Shown here one piece after another: positions 11,405 through 21,054 of a stretch of DNA of 64,000 bases (position 1 is its first letter; every line of letters begins with the position of its first letter). The stretch lies in NCBI GenBank assembly GCA_963713975.1, contig OY970218.1, positions 1,120,001 through 1,184,000 of the forward strand. The letters run 5' to 3'. This stretch comes from an uncultured Chloroflexia bacterium. Its GTDB lineage: Bacteria > Chloroflexota > Limnocylindria > Limnocylindrales > CSP1-4. The notes beneath the pieces are model-generated. The model had not been told where the DNA came from. It searched no databases and was given only the letters and a program-made list of their open reading frames with translations. A program made the translations under genes and the position numbers.

Positions 11405-11476
11405 TGTCCGATCCCCCCAGCCCGGGTGTGTCGACCCGTCGCCGGATCGTCACGCCCCGGGGTTCGGGTCGCTCCC

Positions 11477-13981
11477 TCAGTCGCCCTGGACGACGACCGG
11501 AGACTGGTCCGTGGGCGGGAACGGGTTCCGCCGCGCCCGCGGGTGTTGTTCCGTCTTGGACGCCTCGCCGCCGCCCTGGGCGATCGTGGGCGGCGCGGTG
11601 GTCAACGGCTTGGGCCGCCGCCGGAGCGCCGCCTCGAGGACCTGGTCCATCGTGTCGGCGAGGACCAGCTTGAGCTGCTTGCGGATCTCCTCGGGGATGT
11701 CCCGCAGGTCCTTCTCGTTCTTCTTGGGCAGGATGACCATGCCCGCGCCGGCCAGGTGGGCGGCGAGGATCTTGCTCTTGAGCCCGCCGATCGGCAGGAC
11801 GCGTCCCCGGAGCGTGATCTCGCCGGTCATGGCGACATCCTTGCGGACGGGGATCCCGGTGAGGGCGGAGACCATCGCCGTGGCCATGGTCACGCCCGCC
11901 GACGGGCCGTCCTTGGGGGTGGCGCCGGCCGGGACGTGGATGTGCAGGGTGTGCTTCTCGAACACCTCCCGCTGGATCCCGAGCTCCGTGGCGTGCGATC
12001 GGATCCAGGACAGCGCCGCCCGCGCCGATTCACGCATCACGTCGCCCAGCTGGCCGGTGAGGATGAAGTCCTCCTTGCCCTCCATGAGCGTGACCTCGAT
12101 CGCGACGACGTCGCCGCCCACCTCGGTCACCACGAGGCCGGTGGCGGAGCCGGTCTGGTCGACCGCCTCCAGCTCCCCGTACTCGAAGCGCGCCGGGCCG
12201 AGGTACTGCTCGAGCTTCTTCAGGCTGACCACGGTCTTGCGCTTGCGGCCCTCGGCCACCGAGCGTGCGACCTTGCGCATGATGTTGGCGAGCTCGCGCT
12301 CCAGGTTCCTGACACCGGCTTCGTGAGTGTAGGCCTGGACGAGCTCCGTGAGGACCTCGTCGATGATCTCGACGTGCTTGGCCTTGAGCCCGTGGTTCTC
12401 CATCTGCTTGGGGACCAGGAACCGCTTGGCGATCTCGACCTTCTCCTGCTGCGTGTAGCCGGGCAGGTAGATGACCTCCATCCGGTCACGCAGCGGCGCC
12501 GGGATCGGCTCCAGAAGGTTCGCCGTCGCGACGAACAGCACCTTGCGCAGGTCGAAGGGGACCTCGAGGTAGTTGTCCTGGAAGCTGAAGTTCTGCTCCG
12601 GGTCGAGGACCTCGAGCAGGGCGGACGACGGGTCACCCCGGAAGTCCATGCCGATCTTGTCCACCTCGTCGAGCATGAACACCGGGTTGTTCGTCCCGGC
12701 CGTCTTGATGCTCTGGATGATCCGGCCGGGAAGCGCGCCGATGTAGGTGCGGCGGTGACCGCGGATCTCCGCCTCGTCGTGGATGCCGCCGAGGCTCATC
12801 CGGGTGAACTTGCGACCCATCGCCCGGGCAATGCTCTTGCCGAGGCTGGTCTTGCCGACGCCCGGAGGGCCCACGAACAGCAGGATCGGGCTGCGGATGG
12901 TGTCGGCGAGGCTGCGCACCGCGAGATACTCGAGGATGCGCTCCTTGATCTTCTCGAGGCCGTAGTGGTCCTCGTCCAGGATCTGGGCAGCCTCCTTGAT
13001 GTCGAGGCGGTCGTCCGTGGAGGTGGTCCATGGAAGCGAGACGAGCCAGTCCACGTAGGTCCGGATCACGCCGACCTCGGGGGACGCGGACGGGATCCGG
13101 CTCATCCGGTCGATCTCCTTGATCGCCCTGGCCCGGACCTCCTCCGGCATGCCGGAGGACTCGACCTTCTCGCGTAGCTCGTTGATCTCGGCCTGCTGCG
13201 GGTCGTCCTCGCCCAGCTCGCGCTGGATGGCCTTGAGCTGCTCGCGCAGGATGTACTCCCGCTGGGTCTTGTCCATCTCGGACTTGACCTCGCTCTGGAT
13301 CTTGCCCTTGAGCTCGAGGATCTCGATCTGGCGGGCAAGGAACGCGGAGACGAGTTTGAGCCGCTCCTCGACGTCGGTGGTCTCGAGGAGCTCCTGGCGC
13401 TGCTCGGTCGACATGTCGGGGCTGTAGGCCACCATGTCCGCGAGGAGCCCGGGCTCGGTGATGTTGCGGGCGGCGACGGCAGCCTCGGGCGGAACCGGCG
13501 CGCCACTGGCGACGTACTGCTCGATCTGGGCCTGGACGCTCCGGATGAGGGCCTGGATCTCGACGCCCGCGGGCGTCGAGTCGTGGAGCTCTTCGACCCG
13601 CACGGCCAGGTACGGGGAGGTGTGCACGAACCCGTGGACGCGGATCCGCCCCTGTCCCTGGACGATGGCCCGGACCGTGCCGTCCTGCAGCTGCACGACC
13701 TGGGCGATCTTGGCGATGGTGCCGACGGAGTACAGCTCGGACGGATCTCCGATCTCCTCCTGTTCGGGCTGGCGCTGGGTCACGAGCGCGATCGGGCCGC
13801 CGGTCTCGGTTGCCGCGTTCAGCGCCGCAACGCTCTTCTCGCGCCCCACCTGGAGCGGGACGATCATCTCCGGGAAGATGACCGTCTCCCGGAGCGCCAC
13901 GAGCGGCAACTCGAGGATGGTCGGCGTGCCGGGCTCGGCCTGCTTCGGCTCCTCCTCCGGGTTGGACGGGCGCTTGGCCAT
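11477..13981 (-). CDS. lon: Lon protease
   Basis: LON N domain, [17 protein letters not shown] catalytic Ser, IGGLKSK. Confidence 0.97.
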   Translation of the reverse strand: MAKRPSNPEEEPKQAEPGTPTILELPLVALRETVIFPEMIVPLQVGREKSVAALNAATETGGPIALVTQRQPEQEEIGDPSELYSVGTIAKIAQVVQLQDGTVRAIVQGQGRIRVHGFVHTSPYLAVRVEELHDSTPAGVEIQALIRSVQAQIEQYVASGAPVPPEAAVAARNITEPGLLADMVAYSPDMSTEQRQELLETTDVEERLKLVSAFLARQIEILELKGKIQSEVKSEMDKTQREYILREQLKAIQRELGEDDPQQAEINELREKVESSGMPEEVRARAIKEIDRMSRIPSASPEVGVIRTYVDWLVSLPWTTSTDDRLDIKEAAQILDEDHYGLEKIKERILEYLAVRSLADTIRSPILLFVGPPGVGKTSLGKSIARAMGRKFTRMSLGGIHDEAEIRGHRRTYIGALPGRIIQSIKTAGTNNPVFMLDEVDKIGMDFRGDPSSALLEVLDPEQNFSFQDNYLEVPFDLRKVLFVATANLLEPIPAPLRDRMEVIYLPGYTQQEKVEIAKRFLVPKQMENHGLKAKHVEIIDEVLTELVQAYTHEAGVRNLERELANIMRKVARSVAEGRKRKTVVSLKKLEQYLGPARFEYGELEAVDQTGSATGLVVTEVGGDVVAIEVTLMEGKEDFILTGQLGDVMRESARAALSWIRSHATELGIQREVFEKHTLHIHVPAGATPKDGPSAGVTMATAMVSALTGIPVRKDVAMTGEITLRGRVLPIGGLKSKILAAHLAGAGMVILPKKNEKDLRDIPEEIRKQLKLVLADTMDQVLEAALRRRPKPLTTAPPTIAQGGGEASKTEQHPRARRNPFPPTDQSPVVVQGD

Positions 13982-14057
13982 CAGGGTTCTCCTTGGGTGC
14001 CGGCCGGCTGGTCCGGCGCAACGGGTTCAGTGCGTGGGTTGGTGGTCGACTCGTGGG

Positions 14058-14462
14058 TCAGGGGGACGGATCCGCGTGTGGCGTCCGTCCCCGTGGGGGC
14101 TCCGGTGTATCTGGTGTCTCCGTATTGTCCGCGGCCACCGCCGCGGCCCTTCGCTCACGTGTCCCTTCGTCATAGAGGGCTTCGAGGATCCTCTTGCCGA
14201 GACGCTCCTCGAGCTCGAACAGGGTGCGGACCCCCGCGAGGTTGACGCCGCGGTCCCTGGTGAGGTGCCGGATCCAGAGGATCCGTCGGATGTCCTCCTC
14301 GGAGTACAGGCGGATGTTGGTGGGCGTGCGCGCCGGGCAGACCAGGCCCTCGTCCTCGTAGATCCGGAGGGTCCTCGGGTGGGCCGAGACGAGCGTCGCG
14401 GCCACGCTGATGACATACACCGGCCGGGTTGCGTCCCGGTCCGGCCGGCGCGCCGCCGCCAT
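14058..14462 (-). CDS. hspR: MerR-family heat-shock repressor, HspR-like
   Basis: PVYVISVAATLVSAHPRTLRIYE...RLYSEED...GVNLAGV, located at the head of lon-dnaJ-clpB. Confidence 0.8.
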   Translation of the reverse strand: MAAARRPDRDATRPVYVISVAATLVSAHPRTLRIYEDEGLVCPARTPTNIRLYSEEDIRRILWIRHLTRDRGVNLAGVRTLFELEERLGKRILEALYDEGTRERRAAAVAADNTETPDTPEPPRGRTPHADPSP

Positions 14463-14465
14463 CGG

Positions 14466-14546
14466 TCAGGCCCCGGCCATGCCGGCCTCCGCCTGGCGAA
14501 GCGTCAACGGCTCGCTGAAGGGCGACGGGCGACGGGTCAACGTCAT
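14466..14546 (-). pseudogene. 26-aa mini-ORF, probable Hsp20 N-terminal remnant
   Basis: AGGAGG RBS then MTLTRRPSPFSEPLTLRQAEAGMAGA*. The first 19 aa resemble sHsp N-termini (RRPSPFxExxxLRQAMDRLF). Confidence 0.55.
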
Positions 14547-14640
14547 CACATCAACCTCCTGGGTACGTGCCGACGGTTCTTGCAAAGGGTCTTGTTGGTG
14601 GTCGCCGACAGGCAGCCGCGCGGCCAGCCGGACATGACAT

Positions 14641-14670
14641 AGCCTAGAACCCTGACAATATCGTTGTCAA
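14641..14670 (-). promoter_or_regulatory. Sigma70-type promoter of the heat-shock operon with overlapping palindrome
   Basis: TTGACA-N18-TAGGCT. Palindrome TTGACA-N7-TGTCAG overlaps the -35. Confidence 0.7.
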
Positions 14671-14714
14671 GAGAGATACCACCCCACCGCGATACCTCGG
14701 CCGCAGTCTGCACC

Positions 14715-14858
14715 CGACAGGCTCGAGGCCTCGGTGTTCAGCCCCGGTCGAACGCGCTGGAGCACGACCGGACTTCGGGTCGTGAAAACCACGCATGACG
14801 CCGTCCTATCCGGACTCCTGGGTCGGGGCGGCCATCGATGCTGGGCCTCGCGCGGTCG
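14715..14858 (+). ncRNA. Candidate rod-shaped ncRNA, 6S-like
   Basis: Nested complementary segments (cgac/gtcg, cgaggcc/ggcctcg, tcggtg/catcga, cacgacc/ggtcgtg) with an internal bulge, in an intergenic gap. Confidence 0.35.
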
Positions 14859-14953
14859 CAAACAGGACTCCGAGGCCTGGGGCCGCAGTTCGCCCGAGCG
14901 AGCCCGGGAGTCAGGTTGGCGCCCGCGGGTCGCCCGCCCTGACGGCCCGCGGC

Positions 14954-15625
14954 CTACGCCTCGGTGTGCTCGCCGATCAGCTGGTTGCGGAGCTCTTCCT
15001 CGCAGTCGGGCCGCCCGATTGCGATCACCTTGTCGCCCTCGGCGAGCACGGTGTCGGCGCGGAGCGGCGTCGGGGTCCCGTTGCGGATGACACCGAACAG
15101 GGAGCAGCCCTGGGGCACCGTGAGGTCCACGGCCAGGCGTCCCACCGCCGGCGAGCCCGGCAGGAGGTGGGCCTCGATGATCTCGAGCTCGCCGACGCCG
15201 AGGGCCGCGAGGTGCAGCAGCTCATGCACCGGGATGTCCTGTTCGATGGAGCCGAGGATCATGCGCGTGGGGCTGATGATCTCGTCCACGCCCAAGTGGC
15301 GGAAGAGCGCCTCGTTCTTGGGGTTGTTGACCCGGGCGATCGTCCGCGGTACGTCGAAGTGGTGCTTGGCCATTTGGCAGATCACGAGGTTGTCCTCGTC
15401 GTCCCCCGTCACCGCGGCCACGATGTCGGCCCGGTTGGCACCCGCCTCGTGGAGGTACTTGCCCTCGCAGCCGTCCTGGGCGATGACGACGGACCCGATC
15501 TCGTTCCTGACCCGCTCCGCCCGGGACGGGTCCTTCTCCATGAGGGCCACCTCGTGGCCTGAAGCGATCAACTCCTTCGTCAGGTAGTACCCGACCTTGC
15601 CGCCACCCACCACAAGCACGAACAT
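14954..15625 (-). CDS. trkA: TrkA-family potassium uptake regulatory subunit (RCK N+C)
   Basis: VVGGGKVG, VTGDDEDNL, ARVNNPKN, TrkA-C domain. Confidence 0.9.
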   Translation of the reverse strand: MFVLVVGGGKVGYYLTKELIASGHEVALMEKDPSRAERVRNEIGSVVIAQDGCEGKYLHEAGANRADIVAAVTGDDEDNLVICQMAKHHFDVPRTIARVNNPKNEALFRHLGVDEIISPTRMILGSIEQDIPVHELLHLAALGVGELEIIEAHLLPGSPAVGRLAVDLTVPQGCSLFGVIRNGTPTPLRADTVLAEGDKVIAIGRPDCEEELRNQLIGEHTEA

Positions 15626-15628
15626 CGC

Positions 15629-16147
15629 CTATGCCTCCGAAGCCGAGGGGCGGGCAGCCGGTCCGCGGTCGAGGTCGGTCGCTTGCGGCTGCACGTCGGG
15701 ATGGGCGTGCGGCTGCTCCGGGGCGTAGATGCCGGGGATGTCCGGCGCCGCCTGGCCGATGAAGTCCAGCACGGAGGTGGTCATGAGGTTGGTCCGGCAC
15801 AGGGTCGTGATGCCCAGGTGGGCGTAGGCCTCTGCGCGGACCGGGTCATTGATCTTGGCGACGCATCGGCGGGCGCTGAGCGCCTCGATGGCGAGCTGGG
15901 CCGCCATCACGTTGCGGTTGTCGCCCTCGGTCAGCGCCAGGAACAGGTCGGCGTCCTCTGCGCCTTCGCGCCGCAGCGTGTCCTCGTCCGTGCCGTCGCC
16001 GCGGATCGCGGTCCCGCCGAAGCTCGCCGGCAGTCGATCGAACGCCGCCGAGGCCATGTCGAGGATCAGGACCTGCCAGCCGGCGCGATCCAGCTCGTCG
16101 GCCATTCCGGCCCCGACGCGACCGCAGCCGACGATGACAACCTTCAT
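15629..16147 (-). CDS. TrkA-N (RCK) domain protein
   Basis: IVGCGRVG, GDGTD, TEGDNRN. Confidence 0.88.
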   Translation of the reverse strand: MKVVIVGCGRVGAGMADELDRAGWQVLILDMASAAFDRLPASFGGTAIRGDGTDEDTLRREGAEDADLFLALTEGDNRNVMAAQLAIEALSARRCVAKINDPVRAEAYAHLGITTLCRTNLMTTSVLDFIGQAAPDIPGIYAPEQPHAHPDVQPQATDLDRGPAARPSASEA

Positions 16148-16602
16148 GCTTGCTCCTCGGGCATCGCTTCGCGGATGACCCAGACCCCGCAGGGTGCGTT
16201 CCTCAGGATGTAGGGAATGGTCCGGCCGACCGTGAACTCGCCACCGAATCGGCGGCGGAACGGCAGGCCGCAGATGATGAGATCGGCCTCGCGCTCGATC
16301 GCCTCGTCCACGATGGCTGCCCCCACGTCGCGTGCCTGGAGGAGCACCGTCTCCAGCTGGAAGCGACTCGCCTCCGCCGTGGCCTCGGCGATGTCGAGGA
16401 CCCGCTGTGCACCCTCGTCGTGACCGGCGACATCGGCGTCGAGTGGGAGCGTCCAGTCGATCTCGACCACGTGCACGCCGACGAGATCGGCATGGCCGGT
16501 CCGTGCGAGCTCAGCGGCGAGCGACACGATCTTGCGGTCCGTCCGGGCGCCCGACAGGGCAACGACCGCGCGTCGGAATTGGGGAGCCGACGAATCGGCC
16601 AC
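16144..16602 (-). CDS. Universal stress protein
   Basis: AVVALSG...HVVEI...ARDVGAAIVDEA...ADLII...ILRNAPCGVWVIR. Confidence 0.85.
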   Translation of the reverse strand: MADSSAPQFRRAVVALSGARTDRKIVSLAAELARTGHADLVGVHVVEIDWTLPLDADVAGHDEGAQRVLDIAEATAEASRFQLETVLLQARDVGAAIVDEAIEREADLIICGLPFRRRFGGEFTVGRTIPYILRNAPCGVWVIREAMPEEQA

Positions 16603-16746
16603 GATGGCGAGACGCCTCCGATTGAGGCGACGACGGCGGGGACATCGGGAGGCTCCCGGCCGGTTCGTCGCGCCGCGTCACGATACCACCGGGCCGCGCG
16701 GCGAGTGGCCGTCAGCGGCCCCGCTGGCCGGGGAGAAGCGGAGGGC

Positions 16747-18792
16747 TCACGCGGAATCGGTGGTGTCGTCCACGTGCTCGCTGCGCCGGTACGGGACGTC
16801 CGCGATGACGGTGTGCTCGCGGCCGACCATGGCCGACTTGAGGCGCTTGGCCGCCTGGTTGTAGAGCAGGCGGTCCCACCAGTGACGGGCGACGTACTCG
16901 GGCAGGACCACGATCGTCGTCGGGACCTCCTTGTCCGGCGGCCACGCTCGCTCCAGGACGTCGAGGTAGGTCACGACCGGTCCCACCAGGGCCCGGTACG
17001 GCGATTCCACCACCACCAGCGGCACGCCGGGCAGCTGGCGCTCCCAGCGCTCGCGCAGGCGCTCGGCCTCCTCCAGCTCGGTGGTCACGAAGACCGCCTG
17101 GAGCATGGACGGGTCAGAGGCGAGGGACTTGCCGAACATGACCGCCTGGACCACGGACCGGTTGATCCCGTTCACCGGGATCACCACGCGCTGCTCCCGG
17201 TGCGGCCGGTCGAAGACGAGATCGTCGCGGACGTCCAGCTCCGCCGCCTGGCCCTCGTACTGGCGATGGATGAACAGCATGATGGCGACCAGGCTCGGGA
17301 TCAGCAGGGTGATGAACCACGCTCCGGACGTGAACTTGACCGAGGTGACCACGACGGCGATCACGCCGGTCAGCACGGCGCCGGTGGCGTTGATGACGAG
17401 CCGGTATCGCCAGCCCTGGTCCTTGGTGCTCAGCCAATGGCGGACCATGCCGGACTGGGAGATCGTGAAATCGATGAACACGCCCACCGCGTACAGCGGG
17501 ATCAGGGCATGGGTGGAGCCGCCACCGGCGATCACCACCAGCGCGGCCGCAGCTCCCAGGATCAGGATCCCGGTGGAGTAGGCGAGTCGGTCGCCGCGGA
17601 ACGCGAACTGGCGCGGGATGAAGCCGTCCTCGGCGAGCACGGCCGCCAGGCGCGGGAACGCCGCGAACGACGTATTGGCCGCCAGGAACAGCAGCAGCGC
17701 GGTGAACGCCTGGAACATGTAGAAGCCAAAGGTGTCGCCGTAGACGTGGTTGGCGATCTGGGCGATGACGGTCTGGCTCGGGGACGGGAGGATGTGGAAG
17801 CTCGAGGCCAGGAACGTCATCCCGATGAACAGGATGGCGAGGATGATCGCCATGGCCATCAGGGTCCGGGCGGCGTTCGTGGCCTCGGGGGGCTTGAATG
17901 CCGGCACGCCGGTGGCGATGGCCTCGGTCCCCGTGAGCGCGACCGCTCCGGAGGCGAACGCCCGGAGCAGGATGAGGATCGTCACGTCGTGGGCCGTCTC
18001 AGCCATGGCCGCGACGACCTCGGGCGAGGGCGTGGGACCCGTGTCGCCCATGAACAGGATCCGGACCGTTCCCATGCCGATCATCAGGAACGCGCTGCCC
18101 AGGAACAGGTAGGTCGGGATCGCGAAGATGTTGCCCGCCTCGCGCATGCCCCGCAGGTTGCCGAGGGTGATCAGGCCGATGGCCGACACGCCGATGACCA
18201 CTTTCCAGTCATGGAGGGCGGGCACCGCGGAGGCGATCTGCTCCACGGCGGAGGACGTGGACACCGCCACCGTCAGGGTGTAGTCGATCAGCAGCGCGGA
18301 CGCCGCGACCAGCGAGGCGAGCCGGCCGAAGTTCGCCTTCGACACCGAATACGATCCGCCGCCGTTCGGGTAGGCGATGCACACCTGCCGGTAGCTGAAG
18401 GCCACGATCCCCAGCAGGATGGCGATCGCGATGCTGACCTCGACGGACAGGCTGAAGGCGAGCCCGCCGACGCCCGCCAGGATGAACGCGAGCAGGATCT
18501 CCTCGGTGGCGTAGGCCGACGACGAGATCGCGTCCGAGCTGAAGATCGCGAGCGCCTTCTTCTTGTTGAGGCGTTCCCCGATCTCCTCCTCGTTCGCCAG
18601 GGGGCGCCCCAGCAGCACTTGTTTGAGGCGGGCGTTGAATCGGCCCATCGACGTCGTCGGCGCGCTGGCCGCCGCCTTTGCGGTGAGCTGGCCGGGTCCG
18701 GTGTACCGGAAGTACGGCGAGTGGTGGCGCTCGACGCGGATGCGCTTGTCGCCGGGCTTCCGGCCGGAGATGGGCCGACGGCCACCGAGCAT
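16747..18792 (-). CDS. APC-family permease, KimA/YdaO-like potassium transporter
   Basis: AIFSSDAISSSAYATEEI, ALTGTEAI, LIPLYAVGVF, ESPYR, plus adjacent RCK genes. Confidence 0.85.
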   Translation of the reverse strand: MLGGRRPISGRKPGDKRIRVERHHSPYFRYTGPGQLTAKAAASAPTTSMGRFNARLKQVLLGRPLANEEEIGERLNKKKALAIFSSDAISSSAYATEEILLAFILAGVGGLAFSLSVEVSIAIAILLGIVAFSYRQVCIAYPNGGGSYSVSKANFGRLASLVAASALLIDYTLTVAVSTSSAVEQIASAVPALHDWKVVIGVSAIGLITLGNLRGMREAGNIFAIPTYLFLGSAFLMIGMGTVRILFMGDTGPTPSPEVVAAMAETAHDVTILILLRAFASGAVALTGTEAIATGVPAFKPPEATNAARTLMAMAIILAILFIGMTFLASSFHILPSPSQTVIAQIANHVYGDTFGFYMFQAFTALLLFLAANTSFAAFPRLAAVLAEDGFIPRQFAFRGDRLAYSTGILILGAAAALVVIAGGGSTHALIPLYAVGVFIDFTISQSGMVRHWLSTKDQGWRYRLVINATGAVLTGVIAVVVTSVKFTSGAWFITLLIPSLVAIMLFIHRQYEGQAAELDVRDDLVFDRPHREQRVVIPVNGINRSVVQAVMFGKSLASDPSMLQAVFVTTELEEAERLRERWERQLPGVPLVVVESPYRALVGPVVTYLDVLERAWPPDKEVPTTIVVLPEYVARHWWDRLLYNQAAKRLKSAMVGREHTVIADVPYRRSEHVDDTTDSA

Positions 18793-18796
18793 CGGG

Positions 18797-19519
18797 CTAC
18801 AGCCCGTAGGCGAGGCGCGCCACGAGGCGCTCTGGCAGGCCCACCCGGGTCATGGCCTCCTGGACGCCCGCGATGTCATAGGCGGTCCGGTGCCAGGTGG
18901 CCGTGCCGGCATCCGTGTCCAGCAGCAGCCAGCTGGCGGTCGGGATCCCGTCACGCGGCTGGCCCACGCTGCCCGGATTGAGCAGGACCCGCCGCCCGTC
19001 GAACGTGAGCTGCGAACCGGAGCCGGGACTCATCGTCTCGAGCCGCCCGTCGTCCTCGATGTAGGCAATGGGCAGGTGGGTATGCCCGTGCAGCCCCGAG
19101 TGCGTCCGCATCGCGGCCATGCTCGCACGTGCGACGGGCGTCGACGTCACGTACTCCCAGGTTGGATCACGCGGGCTGCCGTGCACCAGGAGGTAGCCCT
19201 CGCGCTCCAGGGTCTCCGGCAGGGCGCCAAGCCAGGCCCTGGTGGCCACTCCGATGGTGGTTCGCGTCCACTCGGCCGCCCGGCGGGCATCGACGTTGAA
19301 CCCCTCGATCTCGAGGCCGCCGATGGCCGCCGCGTCGTGGTTGCCGCGGACGCCGACCGCACGAAGGTCGCTGAGCCTCGCGACCACCTCGTCCGGGTGC
19401 GGGCCGTAGCCCACAACGTCGCCCAGGTGCCAGACCTCGTCCACGGACGGCACCGACGCCAGGACGGCATCGAGCGCGATCACGTTGGAGTGGATATCGG
19501 AGAGGACGGCGACGCGCAT
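18797..19519 (-). CDS. Metallophosphoesterase (calcineurin-like)
   Basis: SDIHSN, LGDVVGYG, GNHD, VHGSP, GHTH, NPGSVGQPRD. Confidence 0.92.
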   Translation of the reverse strand: MRVAVLSDIHSNVIALDAVLASVPSVDEVWHLGDVVGYGPHPDEVVARLSDLRAVGVRGNHDAAAIGGLEIEGFNVDARRAAEWTRTTIGVATRAWLGALPETLEREGYLLVHGSPRDPTWEYVTSTPVARASMAAMRTHSGLHGHTHLPIAYIEDDGRLETMSPGSGSQLTFDGRRVLLNPGSVGQPRDGIPTASWLLLDTDAGTATWHRTAYDIAGVQEAMTRVGLPERLVARLAYGL

Positions 19520-19589
19520 CTGAGCGAGGGTAGCGCAGCGGTGTTCGTGCGCGTTGCCCACCACGTCGACCACGCTCGCACGCCCCGGA

Positions 19590-20363
19590 TCAGAGGGGCC
19601 GCCGTCGTCGCTCTGCCGGGTCGCGCGGGAAGCGGTCATCGATCCGGCCGGCACGCGGCACGATGACCAGGCGGTGCGTCTCGAGGCCGGCGACACGGTT
19701 CTCGACGACCGTCACCGGTCCGGCCCGGAGTGCCGCGAGGGCGCCCTCCGCATCGGCCAGTTCCTTAGCCACCGGGTCCCGTTTCCACGCCACCAGGACG
19801 CCGCCGGGGGCGACGAGGGGCAGGCCGATCTCCACCAGCTCGGCGAGTGAGCTGACCGCGCGAGCCGTGACGGCGGGCCAGGCCTCGCGGTCGCGGGGGT
19901 CCCGGGCGAGGGTCTCGGCCCGCTCGCTCTCGGCTGCGATACGGCTCGTGAGGCCGGTGGCCGCCAGCACCGTCTGCAGGAAGCGGACCTTCTTGGCCAC
20001 CGAGTCGACCAGCAGCGCCCGGTCCGATTCCAGCGCGGCGGCCAACGGCAGCCCGGGGAAGCCACCACCCGACCCGAGGTCCAGGATGCGCACGATTCCA
20101 CGTGACGCCAGGTACGGGACGGCGGCGATCGAATCGAGGACATGCAGTCGAGCGACGGCCTCCGGATCGCGGATGGCGGTCAGGTTGATGGACCCCGTCC
20201 AGGCGAGCAGGAACCGCGCGTGGCTGTCGATGATCTCGCGGACCGCCGGATCGAGCACGACGTCGAGAGCCGACAGCCCAGCGTCGAGGACGGCGTGGTA
20301 GGCCGGGGGCAGTGGCTCGAGGTCCTGAACGCGCGTCGGGAGCGGACTCCTCGGGCGATCCAG
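19590..20363 (-). CDS. rsmG: 16S rRNA m7G527 methyltransferase (start uncertain)
   Basis: INLTAIRD...HVLDS, DLGSGGGFPGLPL, VTARAV. The best-placed RBS precedes CTG 20363, with GTG 20387 as the alternative. Confidence 0.9.
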   Translation of the reverse strand: MDRPRSPLPTRVQDLEPLPPAYHAVLDAGLSALDVVLDPAVREIIDSHARFLLAWTGSINLTAIRDPEAVARLHVLDSIAAVPYLASRGIVRILDLGSGGGFPGLPLAAALESDRALLVDSVAKKVRFLQTVLAATGLTSRIAAESERAETLARDPRDREAWPAVTARAVSSLAELVEIGLPLVAPGGVLVAWKRDPVAKELADAEGALAALRAGPVTVVENRVAGLETHRLVIVPRAGRIDDRFPRDPAERRRRPL

Positions 20364-20537
20364 GGCACCCTCCAAGTGGTCGTGCACCGGCTCACCCGGG
20401 ACCCGCTCCCGGCGTCGATCGTTCGCAGCGGCCGGCGTCCTGCGGTCTTGCGTCACCCGTTCGGTCCAGGCCCGGGTCTCCCCGTGGCCCCTTGCGGGTG
20501 GCGTCTCCCGAGCGCACATGCTGCGTGCGGAGTCCGG

Positions 20538-20566
20538 ACGGTAGGCGGGCGCATGCCGGGCGTCAA
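20538..20566 (-). promoter_or_regulatory. Sigma70-type promoter upstream of rsmG
   Basis: TTGACG-N17-TACCGT. Confidence 0.5.
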
Positions 20567-20572
20567 GGGTGC

Positions 20573-20615
20573 TTGTCCACGAATCGACCGAGGTCTCGCC
20601 GAATGCTGTGGATAA
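20573..20615. promoter_or_regulatory. Two DnaA-box-like sites
   Basis: TGTGGATAA (perfect TTATCCACA on the minus strand) at 20607-20615 and TTGTCCACG at 20573-20581. Confidence 0.45.
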
Positions 20616-20620
20616 CCGGG

Positions 20621-20968
20621 TCAGCCGGTCGACTTCGTTCCGCGGACGGGGCGCCCGAGCGTGCGCCGGACCACGTCCACGACCTCGTCGACGTACTTGT
20701 CGGCCTCACCGCGCTCGGCCGCGGTGCGCACGCAACCCTTCACGTGATCCTCGAGGATCATGATCGAGACAGCGTCCACGGCGGCCCGCAGCGCTGCCGT
20801 CTGCTGGAGGATGTCCACGCAGTACTCGTCGCGCTCGATCATGCGGGCGATGCCCCGCACCTGTCCCTCGATCCGGCTCAGGCGGCGGACGAGCTGCGCC
20901 TTGTCCTTGCTGTAGCTGTGACGGAACGTCGGGTGGTCGGCATGCGCGCCGCCGGAGGTCTCGGCCAT
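20621..20968 (-). CDS. csoR: CsoR-family metal-sensing repressor
   Basis: RLSRIEGQVRGI, YCVDIL, HVKGC (C-H-C Cu(I) fingerprint). Confidence 0.88.
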   Translation of the reverse strand: MAETSGGAHADHPTFRHSYSKDKAQLVRRLSRIEGQVRGIARMIERDEYCVDILQQTAALRAAVDAVSIMILEDHVKGCVRTAAERGEADKYVDEVVDVVRRTLGRPVRGTKSTG

Positions 20969-20976
20969 GGCCGCAT

Positions 20977-20995
20977 GATACCCCACAGGAGTATC
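20977..20995. promoter_or_regulatory. CsoR operator overlapping the -10 of csoR
   Basis: Palindrome GATACCCCACAGGAGTATC with a C/G tract, overlapping a TATCAT -10 that lies 6 nt before the ATG. Confidence 0.7.
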
Positions 20996-21054
20996 CAGCC
21001 TCGGCGACACGGCCCGGACCCCGGATGGGTCGTCCTTCGGTAGACTGACCTCCG

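Noticed and set aside
14726-14803. Fluoride riboswitch-like GGTGTTC...ATGACGCC
   Set aside because: The conserved GCGAT and TGATG/TAATG nucleotides are missing and there is no downstream plus-strand gene.
14954-18792. KimA-like permease + USP + two RCK proteins as a novel system; c-di-AMP riboswitch
   Set aside because: Similar APC-trkA-trkA loci are known in actinobacteria, and no ydaO riboswitch consensus was seen upstream.
958-18981. Very long alternative ORFs (e.g. 958..3429+, 8059..10305+, 10715..13177+, 16150..18981+)
   Set aside because: Antisense shadow frames of real genes, expected in high-GC DNA.
20573-20615. oriC
   Set aside because: Only two DnaA-like boxes, no AT-rich unwinding element, and no dnaA/dnaN nearby.
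20621-20995. csoR as part of a local copper-resistance operon
   Set aside because: No copA or copZ is adjacent. It appears to be an ordinary autoregulated orphan.
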